Part shown: positions 1-8,400 of the stretch, piece by piece | Position numbering within the stretch: the first letter of the stretch is position 1 | How the letters are laid out: the number at the start of each line of letters is the position of its first letter | Assembly: GCA_043228905.1 (NCBI GenBank) | Contig: JBHGNT010001143.1 | Coordinates: 1-11,616, forward strand | DNA from: Azolla caroliniana | Taxonomy: Eukaryota > Plantae > Polypodiophyta | DNA: 11,616 bases | Direction: 5' to 3' | Notes under the pieces: generated by a model | Told to the model about the DNA's origin: nothing | Seen by the model: the letters and a program-made list of their open reading frames with translations, nothing else | Databases searched by the model: none | Position numbers and translations under genes: made by a program

Positions 1-2
1 AC

Positions 3-2792
3 TCACTGTATCCGTTACATGTTACGCTCAGAGAGGGTAACCTGTTTTTGGTGGATATTCCTGTGTCATCACTATGGCACAGAAGATTAGGACACCTCAG
101 CAAGGCCGGCATTACGCACCTATCTAGAGCCGGATACATCCCTAAACTCTCCTTCTCGGATCATCAATTCTGCGAACATTGCCAGTATGGCAAACAAGCA
201 GCCACATCACACCCGACATCAGCACCAAGAGAAACGAGACCTCTCGATTTAGTCCACTCGGACGTCTGTGGCCCAATGCCGCATCAGTCTCTCGGCGGTG
301 CCTCTTACTTCGTCAGTTTTATTGACGATTCGACTCGAAAGGTGTGGGCTTATCCAATTCGCACCAAAGATCGTGTCTTCTCAATCTTCTCCGATTGGCT
401 CGCTATGGTAGAAAATCAAACTGACCGAAAACTGAAATGCTTTCGGACCGACAATGGGGGAGAGTTCAAATCAGAAGAATTCGTCAAATTCTGCCGACAA
501 CGCGGCATCCGACGTGAATTTATGGCACCACACAGTCCGGAGCAAAACGGGATTGCAGAACGCATGAATCGGACAATCCAAGAACGGATAGTTTCCATGC
601 TCCAACACTCCGGACTGTCGGATGGCTTCTGGGCAGAGGCTCTACTCACGGCAGTACACATAATCAATATGTCGCCAAGCAGACCTCTAGGACTTCAAAT
701 TCCTCAGGAACTATGGATCGGCAGTAAGCCGAATTACGACAAGCTGAGGATCTTCGGATGCGAGGCGTACGCCCTTATTCCGAAAGATGATCGCCGAAAA
801 CTTGCACCTCGGTCCAGGAAATGCATTTTCCTTGGATATGGATCAGACGGCAAAATGGGATACCGACTCTGGGACCCCGAACGCAGACAAATCGTTCGAA
901 GTTCGGACGTTGTGTTCAACGAGTCGACTATGAATCCATCAGTCGAAAAACCGATCGAAGTCCGAAGGGTAACATTTTCCGATGTGCCGACCCTTCAAGA
1001 AGGCCCCGCTCTTAACACACGGTCAGCTTCCCGGGTAGCTGAACCTTCCACTACCGACTCGGACAACTCTGACACGGCACAACAGAATGATTCGCTTTCG
1101 GACCATCCGACCTCGATACCCGATGCGACCAGTCCAATCATACCTCGACGATCCGAGAGACTGTCGCAACCTTCGGAGAGGTATTCTCCTGGAATTTTCT
1201 TCACCGACGCCGGCGAACCGACGTCTTACGAAGAAGCATCGACATCTGTCGATTCAGTCACCTGGCATCTGGCGATGGAGTCGGAAATGCTCTCCATTCG
1301 GGCAAACAAGACTTGGGATCTGGTCGAATTACCTAAGAATCGCCGTGCTCTTCCTTGCAAGTGGGTTTATCGACTAAAAGAGACGTCTGATTCGACCACC
1401 CCAAAGTACAAGGCCAGATTAGTTGCGAAGGGCTTCCGACAACAATATGGCGTCGACTTCGACGAGATTTTTTCACCAGTGGTGAAAATGACAACCCTTC
1501 GTTTTCTACTCGGCGTAGTGGCAGCCGACAACTTGGAGCTGATTCAGCTAGATGTCAAAACAACCTTCCTCCATGGTGATCTTGAAGAGGAAATTTATAT
1601 GGAACAGCCAAAAGGCTTCGTGGCAACTGGCCAAGAACATCTAGTCTGCCGACTCAGGAAGAGTCTATACGGCCTCAAACAGGCACCGCGACAATGGTAC
1701 AAGAAGTTCGACGACTTCATCCAATCGATCGGCTTCTCAAAAAGCGATGAGGACCATTGTCTTTTCACCAACACAGCTCAAGATGGATCACCCATCTTCC
1801 TCATCATCTACGTGGACGACATGCTAATTTCTGGACGCCACGCGGGCGAACTTGCCGATCTCATTCGGCAACTGCGGTTGAAGTTTGCCATGAAGGACCT
1901 CGGTCCGGCACGACACATACTCGGCATGAAGATTAGTCGGCATCGCGACAAACGATTTCTTTTTTTGTCTCAGACCGACTATATCGGACGTGTCTTGGAA
2001 CGCTTCAACATGCAATCAGCCAAATCTGCTTCAACCTCGCTCCCCATGAATCTTCGGCTCTCTCAGCAAGACTGCCCGACATCCGGTCCGGAGGGGGAAG
2101 ATATGAAGTCGGTACCGTATGCACCGGCAGTCGGCTCCCTTATGTACCTGATGGTCGCGACACGGCCTGATATTTCTCATGCCGTAGGAGTCGTTAGCAG
2201 ATTTATGCACAATCCTGGCCGATCGCATTGGAACGCAGTCAAGCATGTGTTCAAATATCTGGCTGGCACAAAAGACCACGACATTCTTTTCGGTCCGAAC
2301 TCAACCTCAGGCGTAGTCGGTTACACCGACTCGGACTTCGCTGGCTGTATAGACAGTCGGAAATCAACAACCGGATACTGCTTCAAATTCGGCAATGGAG
2401 CAATTTCATGGAAGTCGAAACTTCAGGAGTGCACAGCGACCTCAACGACCGAAGTAGAATATGTAGCTGCGTCCGACGCTGCAAAAGAAGCTTTGTGGCT
2501 CGGCCGGCTGGCGCACACGTTTCGGCAAGTCGACCATGACTCGGCTCCAGTTGTCTATAGCGACAGTCAAGGTGCTGTTGCCTTGTCGAGAAATCCGGTT
2601 CACCACAACGCCTCCAAACATATCGACGTTCGATATCACTTCGTTCGGGACTGCGTCATTTCAGGGAAAATCGGTCTGGAGAAAATATCCACAACCGACA
2701 ATGTCGCAGATGGAATGACCAAGTGTCTTTCGGCAGACCGCTTTCGGTCCCTTCGGCATCAGATGGGCGTAACGACAAACCAGTCCGGTTAG
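3..2792 (+). CDS. pol: Copia Pol polyprotein, 5'-partial: integrase, reverse transcriptase, RNase H
   Basis: Frame is open from base 3 (SLYPLHVTL...), so the TTG at 48 is not the true start. Motifs: LWHRRLGH...CEHC (HHCC); HSD / RTDNGGEF / NGIAER (DDE); LDVKTTFLHG, LRKSLYGLKQAPRQW, YVDDML (RT); YTDSD, TEVEY, SDSQ, KHIDVRYHF, ADGMTK (RNase H). No internal stops. Confidence 0.97.
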   Translation, partial: SLYPLHVTLREGNLFLVDIPVSSLWHRRLGHLSKAGITHLSRAGYIPKLSFSDHQFCEHCQYGKQAATSHPTSAPRETRPLDLVHSDVCGPMPHQSLGGASYFVSFIDDSTRKVWAYPIRTKDRVFSIFSDWLAMVENQTDRKLKCFRTDNGGEFKSEEFVKFCRQRGIRREFMAPHSPEQNGIAERMNRTIQERIVSMLQHSGLSDGFWAEALLTAVHIINMSPSRPLGLQIPQELWIGSKPNYDKLRIFGCEAYALIPKDDRRKLAPRSRKCIFLGYGSDGKMGYRLWDPERRQIVRSSDVVFNESTMNPSVEKPIEVRRVTFSDVPTLQEGPALNTRSASRVAEPSTTDSDNSDTAQQNDSLSDHPTSIPDATSPIIPRRSERLSQPSERYSPGIFFTDAGEPTSYEEASTSVDSVTWHLAMESEMLSIRANKTWDLVELPKNRRALPCKWVYRLKETSDSTTPKYKARLVAKGFRQQYGVDFDEIFSPVVKMTTLRFLLGVVAADNLELIQLDVKTTFLHGDLEEEIYMEQPKGFVATGQEHLVCRLRKSLYGLKQAPRQWYKKFDDFIQSIGFSKSDEDHCLFTNTAQDGSPIFLIIYVDDMLISGRHAGELADLIRQLRLKFAMKDLGPARHILGMKISRHRDKRFLFLSQTDYIGRVLERFNMQSAKSASTSLPMNLRLSQQDCPTSGPEGEDMKSVPYAPAVGSLMYLMVATRPDISHAVGVVSRFMHNPGRSHWNAVKHVFKYLAGTKDHDILFGPNSTSGVVGYTDSDFAGCIDSRKSTTGYCFKFGNGAISWKSKLQECTATSTTEVEYVAASDAAKEALWLGRLAHTFRQVDHDSAPVVYSDSQGAVALSRNPVHHNASKHIDVRYHFVRDCVISGKIGLEKISTTDNVADGMTKCLSADRFRSLRHQMGVTTNQSG

Positions 2793-2978
2793 AGCCGGAC
2801 ACAGCGCAGGATGGTTTCAGACAACCGACATCAGTTCCCTAATGATCGGCTTCAACTCTTCCGACCCGACCAGTCCGGTCTTCTGCCTTCGGACCCTACC
2901 GACTCGAACAAAACTGATATGTCCGAGAACCTAGGTTTATACCTGTAATCTTAGATAACCCATGTATACGCCCATTAC

Positions 2979-2985
2979 GGGGGAG
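2979..2985 (+). other. Polypurine tract of the copia element
   Basis: GGGGGAG directly followed by TGTCG, the canonical copia PPT/LTR junction. Confidence 0.85.
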
Positions 2986-3214
2986 TGTCGAATACAAGTG
3001 TATAATGGACGTATTCACACTATCCCTTTGTATAGATCAAGTTTGGGCCATTTGTGTAATTAGCATAAATGGTAGTTGCCCTATGTCGGTCACTATATAT
3101 ATTGACCTTGTAACCTTTTTGTAAGGTTGGTTGTATTATTCTTTCTATTGAATAGAAAGTCTTTTGTCTCTCTCTCTCTCTCTCTCTCTCTGTGCACGAT
3201 CTTGGAAACCGTCA
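2986..3214 (+). repeat. Copia 3' LTR (end uncertain: CA at 3213-3214 or 3219-3220)
   Basis: Starts with TG after the PPT; TATA-like CTATATATAT at 3093-3102; (TC)12 downstream. An unrelated minus-strand reading frame closes at 3212-3214, which suggests the junction. The partner LTR is not in the window. Confidence 0.7.
3167..3190. repeat. (TC)12 microsatellite
   Basis: Read directly from the sequence. Confidence 0.95.
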
Positions 3215-3872
3215 TACGCAGGTACTCAATCTAGATTCGAATGCTACTTGATCTTCCGCATTGACGGCCTTGTCTTCAACACGGAATCCCGTCCGGATCA
3301 CCTGCCATCCAAACCGGCTTCCGACTTTACCTTTCTTGCTGCCACCTCCCGTCTCTCCGGTCTCACGTTGGTTCTCGGACACAACTGCCGAAGTCTCTAG
3401 AATTAGTGGATAGGAATCCACGGTATTATCGTCCTCCGTTGTTTCACCCATAGCCACCTCCTTGGCTATCTCTCCTTCGTATGCATCGGCTTCGACCTTT
3501 GTTTTCTCTCCACCACCTTCCGTCTCTTCGGTCTCACGTTGCCTTTCGAACGCAACCGCCGGAGTCTCTGGAATCAGCGGTGGAGAAATCTCGATATGGC
3601 CATCCGCCATTGATTCGTCCATAGCCACCTTCGATTCGATGTCATCTTTCTTGGTGACCTCCTCAATCAAGTCCTCCTTGCTCTCTTTCACTGCATCAAT
3701 TATGCTTACCCCTTTTTCACTCGATGTTTCGGACACTTGTATTCTAAAATCTTCTTCTACACTTGGGTTATCGGCCTTATCCTTCGTTGTTGTTCTTTCG
3801 CAAGACAAGAGGGTAGCTTGTTTTACACCCTCTTCCGTTGCACCATCATGTTGTATTTCGGCCTTCGGCGAG
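3212..3872 (-). pseudogene. Fragment of an acidic, E/K/T-rich ORF with a 57-aa internal duplication; probably an older element or gene interrupted by both retrotransposons
   Basis: Minus frame is open from the gypsy LTR junction (3872) to the copia LTR junction with no upstream ATG start. 171-bp periodicity: GTCTCACGTTG at 3360/3531, CATAGCCACCT at 3449/3620. No recognisable domain. Confidence 0.5.
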
Positions 3873-3974
3873 TGTCGTAGTGTATTTCGTACACTACATG
3901 AAAAAGTAAAAATAATATAACCGATTTAATTACATATAAATAAATAAAATAATATATCAAGATATTTATCACGT

Positions 3975-4040
3975 GCATAGGGCAGGATGCAAACCCTGTA
4001 CCTCCACGTAGCCAAACCTCAACTTTACCATTATGCTACC
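3975..4040 (-). promoter_or_regulatory. tRNA-like Pol III A/B-box module, left LTR arm (degenerate)
   Basis: A-box TAGCATAATGG (4038-4028) and B-box-like GGTTTGCATCC (3995-3985), starts 43 nt apart. Confidence 0.45.
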
Positions 4041-4406
4041 TTATCTTTAGTGTTCTATAAATAGATTTAATAACTATAAGTCCTTTATTTGCGTCTACCT
4101 TTATTAAAAGGTAAATCATGCATTTTTAGAGTGCGTGAATATTTTATAGAAAAAAAAAACGCAAGCAACTAAAAAGTGACTCATGCACATCTAGCGTGCA
4201 TGAGCACTATATTTAGCAAATAAAAGCAAGGATTAGAAAAGCATCACATGCACATTTAGTGTGCATGAACATATTAAAAAAAAAAGCATGTAGCTATGCT
4301 TAGTCTCTCCCATCACTACATAAGGATGGGGAGCACAATGTAATAGGTGTGTGAAATATTTGGAAATTTGATATATTTCCGAAAACACCAACCGATTAAT
4401 ATAATC

Positions 4407-4888
4407 GTGGGATTCACGAAAATAATATAATCTATACTTGTGGGATTCACAAGTTTCTTATATCTTTCTTTCAATCTAAATACATATTCTTATCTAAATA
4501 TTGATTAATCGAATACAGTACACTCGTGGGATTCACGAAATTTCTATCTCTCTTTCTAATAATCTATCCATTACTAGCCTCATCTCATATTCTTCTTTCT
4601 CCTAGTCCAAGACCTCTGTGGTTCCCACCCGACTCACGCAACGATCCGGAGCCGAAAGGCACGACACAGTTGCCAACTGTGTCGTGCCTTTCGGCTCCGG
4701 ATCGTTGCGTGAGTCGGGTGGGAACCACTGGGGTTTTGGACTAGGAGAAAGAAGTTCGTGAGATAGAGATTAATTATGAGTAAATAGCAAAGAGAAAGAT
4801 AAGAAACTCGTGAATCACACGAGTATAGTATATTAATTGGTACTTAGGGTGTTAAGAGAGAAGTAGATGTATAAATCGTGAATCCCAC
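4407..4888. repeat. Five copies of the motif GTGGGATTCAC flanking the central palindrome
   Basis: + copies at 4407-4417, 4440-4450, 4526-4536; reverse-complement copies at 4810-4820 (1 mismatch) and 4878-4888. Confidence 0.85.
4618..4728. repeat. Perfect 111-bp palindrome (55-bp arms, 1-nt centre at 4673)
   Basis: 4618-4672 is the exact reverse complement of 4674-4728. Pairing continues to 4592/4754 with three non-Watson-Crick positions. Confidence 0.98.
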
Positions 4889-4953
4889 GAATAATTTTTG
4901 TATTGATTAATACTTAATCCAAATAATCAACAACCCTTTATATATTTCTCTCC

Positions 4954-4967
4954 TCCTTATATAAGGA
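4954..4967 (-). promoter_or_regulatory. Probable LTR TATA box (palindromic TCCTTATATAAGGA)
   Basis: In element sense it reads CCTTATATAAGGAGGAGAGAAA, ~500 bp into the LTR. The mirrored site in the left arm (CACTACATAAGGA, ~4314-4326) is degenerate. Confidence 0.55.
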
Positions 4968-5216
4968 AGGAAGAGCTAAGCATGGCTTCATGCTTTTTTT
5001 TACAAAAAGTGTTCATGTCCACTAAATGTGCATGTGATGCTTTTTTATTTCCTAAGTATAGGGCTCATGCACGCTAGATGTGCATGAGTTATTTTTAGTG
5101 TCTCGTGTTTTTTCTTTTTCATATATTAAAAAAATACACGATTTACCTTTTAATAAAGGTATGCATAAATAAAGGTCTTATACGTATTAAATCTATATTT
5201 AAAACACTTAAGATAA

Positions 5217-5283
5217 GTTAATGTAATGGTAAGGTTGGGGTTTATCAACGTGGAGGTGCAGAGTTCGAATCACGCCCTGCGCA
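5217..5283 (+). promoter_or_regulatory. tRNA-like Pol III A/B-box module, right LTR arm
   Basis: A-box-like TAATGTAATGG (5219-5229) and B-box AGTTCGAATCA (5262-5272), 43-nt spacing. Confidence 0.5.
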
Positions 5284-5330
5284 GTAGTGAGTGTTTCCTT
5301 CTTTTTTACATTTATGTCTCTTTATCCGGC

Positions 5331-5382
5331 TCTTCCTTGCCGGTATGCCGTTTTCTTCCTTGCCGGTATGCCGTTTTCTTCC
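5331..5382. repeat. 23-bp tandem repeat, ~2.3 copies, in U3
   Basis: TCTTCCTTGCCGGTATGCCGTTT at 5331-5353 and 5354-5376, then TCTTCC. Confidence 0.95.
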
Positions 5383-5449
5383 GGTTTTCACCGAGCACTC
5401 CATTCTCTATCCGGAGGGACAAAAATATAATTTCCCCATAGTGTGCAAC

Positions 5450-8400
5450 CTACACTACGACACTCGCCCCCTCCAAACCCGCACATCCTCCGGTATGTGC
5501 CGAAGTTCTTGATTCTTCGTATCCGTCTTCATCCGAAGCTTCCTCCGATTCTCCCCTTATGTCGACTATGAGTTGTAATCCACTTTCTTCGCTTCCCGCA
5601 TCATTGTGGTCTTCGTCCGATTGCTCCTCGTTGTCGGCCTCGACTTGGATCACATAAGGTTTGTCGTCGGTCCGCTTCTTGAAAATCTTCACCCGCTTCC
5701 CGGCTATAGGCACTCGTAGTATTGTTCCATCCAACTCGGACAGTCGGTACGTCCCGTTGTCGAAGACCTTCCGAACCTCGTACGGCCCGAACCACCTTTT
5801 CGCGAATTTCCGCATCGTTGTATGTTGATGGTCCAAGCTACTATCATAGACGATCACCCAATCTCCTTCTTCAATCCTCCTCGGTCGTAGTCGGTGCTTT
5901 GTGTCGAACCGGCTTTTGTTCCGGAACCGTGCTTCTTGTTGTCGGCATGACGCTTCCGCTACATCTTTCGGTCTTCCCTCCAGTTGTCGTATCCGGACTG
6001 CTAGTAGTTCTTCCCGGCTCATCTCTTCCTTCCACGGTAGTATTGTCCATGTCGCGATTGCGGTTTCCGTTGGCATTACCGGTGCTTGTCCGGTCATGAG
6101 TTCTGCCGGCATGTAACCGGTCACGGAGCTATGCGTCGTCCGATCCGCCCATAGTGCATACGGAAGCATTTGTGGCCAATCCTTCACCCTTCCGTCGCAT
6201 GCCTTCGCAAGTGCTTTCACGATCGGACTATGTCCTCGTTCGATCTTCCCGTTGGCCTCCGGATTGTAGGCCGTTGTCAACGTTAACTGAACTCCATGTT
6301 TGGCGAAGAATCCCCTAGCTTTGTCCGAGTCGAGTTCTCCCCGGTCCGCAATCACTTGTCCTACGCACTCGTACCTACAAAACACTTCTTCCAAAAGAAA
6401 TTGGCACACCGCGGCACACGTTTTCCTTCGAAGCGCTCGACCTTCAACTTGGTTTGTGAGATCTTCTCGAGCTAACACCAAGTATTTCTTTTGTCCAATC
6501 CCGGTCGGCATAGCTACAATGTCGACCATCCACTTGAAGTTGATTGTCGGTGAGAATGTCGGATGCAGCTCATCTCGGTGTCGGACCCCGGAGTAGACTT
6601 GACATTTCTCGCAGCTTTCTGTGAACTCCGCGACATCTTTATACATGTTCTTCCACCAATATCTTTGCTTGATTTTCACAAAAGTTGCCCATGTTCCTTG
6701 ATGTCCAGCCCAATCGGATTCGTGGAACTCGGACATTATCCGGTTTCGTTGCTCTTTCGTCCCGACTACTCGAAGTGGTATCCCATCCGGTCTTTTCGGC
6801 GTCCTCCATATTAAACCGTTTTCCAAGAAGAACTTTTGGACTTGCCTCTTCTTCCTTCGGATCTCGGCTCTCCTTTCTTTATCATTGGTTGAATCCTCGA
6901 CCTCTTGTAGCATCTTCCCGATCATCAAGGTTTCCCCCTCGTATTCTTCTTCCCGGAATTCTCGGATCACGTTCACTCGGCATATGTGTTCTGACGTGAA
7001 GTAGTCTTCGGAAACTTCTTCATTATCTGATTCGGTTATGTCGTCTTCAAACCGCGCCCTCGATAACATGTCCGCTACCGCGTTGTCCTTCCCCGAGATG
7101 TGTCGAACCTCCGGATTAAGTGACTTGACATATGCAATCCACCTTAGCATAGCCACATCCGGTATCGTACAACACCGCATCATCCCGAGTATCGGAAGAC
7201 AATCCGTCTCGATCACCACTTCAGCTCCGATCAAATAATCCCGATCCGATTTTATCGCCGATACGACTCCCCACAATTCTCTTTTGACTTGTGCATATCC
7301 GCGTTGCCTTTCGTTGAGGACCTTTGCTCCAAATCGGATCGGATACCGCGAACCATCCGAGTCGGCTTGATTGATGACCCACCCGATACCGGTTGGACTT
7401 GTATCAACCGTTACTATGATTGGCCGCTCGTAGCTTGGCTTCTTAAGTGATTCCGCCCTCCATAGTGTCTTCTTGAGCTTCCTCATGGCTTTAGTGTGTT
7501 CCGGTTTCCACTCGAATTTCTTACCTTTCCGCAACAAGTGATAGAGCGGGTCCGCTATATGTGCATAGTGCGGAATCCATATGTGATAGAATGCACATGC
7601 ACCCAGAAACCTTCGGACTTCCGATGTTGACTCACATACTTCCTTCATAGCTTGAATCGCATCGATCTTTGTTGGTGACGGTCTTCGGCCGTAGGGTCCA
7701 CATAGATGTCCGACCACCAATATTTCTTCTTGCCCGAATGCCGATTTCTCCCCGGAAAGTGTTAGGTGCACATCTTCTAGCTTTCGCAACACTTTCTCGC
7801 AATCATGAATATGGTCGACCACGAACTTTCGGCATCCCCGATCATCCATAGTCTCATCTTTTTCTTCCACCGCGCATCCTTTCATCGGAATGTCATCTAG
7901 AAACGGCATCGTTATCTCCGGGATGCAATCTCGAAGCACCTTGTTCATCGCGTTCATCATATGTGCAACCGAGTTTGTCGCTCCTTGTGGTAGTGTGCAC
8001 ATTCGAACTAGTCCTATCGGTGTCCGCATGGTAGTGATGTCTCGGCTCTCCACGGCTAGTTGGAATTGGTCATACCCCGAGTATAGGTCCCCGATGGAGT
8101 ATATCGCACGTCCGGCAAAAGCTTCCGCGAATTCGTCCACTATCGGACCGACTCCCGAGTTCCGGATCGTGACCTTGTTCACTGGTTGCAAGTCTTGGAT
8201 GAATCGGAGTGACCCATTCTTCTTCGGAACCGTAAACCATCTATTTGAGTACGGAGCACTTGATGGCTCTAGAATCCCCATCGCCACCTTCTCCTTGAGC
8301 AAGTCGATGACTTTCGGAATATGCGCCCATGGCACCGGAATCGGCTTCAGGTTCCACGGTACATGATCAATCGTGAAAATCACCATCGGCTCCACTATCT

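Larger units (their letters stand above)
1..3214 (+). mobile_element. Ty1/copia LTR retrotransposon, 3' portion (5' end outside window; right boundary approximate)
   Basis: IN-RT-RH domain order in one ORF, followed by a ~185-bp 3' UTR, a polypurine tract and a TG-starting LTR. Confidence 0.95.
3873..5462 (-). repeat. Gypsy 3' LTR, 1590 bp, internally fold-back
   Basis: Bounded by TGTCGTAGTGTA (3873-3884) and TACACTACGACA (5451-5462). PPT abuts 5462. The left end is independently delimited by the inverted copy ending at 9661. Confidence 0.88.

Noticed and set aside
416-2718. Short ORFs overlapping the copia pol
   Set aside because: Antisense or alternate-frame shadows of a long coding sequence; no motifs.
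4407-4536. CRISPR-like repeat-spacer array
   Set aside because: Repeats are only 11-15 bp with irregular spacing, there are no cas genes, and the context is a eukaryotic LTR.
4526-4744. 72-aa ORF with a hydrophobic N-terminus crossing the palindrome
   Set aside because: GTG start, and composition is explained by a CT-rich tract plus the palindrome.
3975-5283. Fold-back as a sequencing or amplification chimera
   Set aside because: The outer arms differ by many substitutions and indels, which a read-level artefact would not produce.
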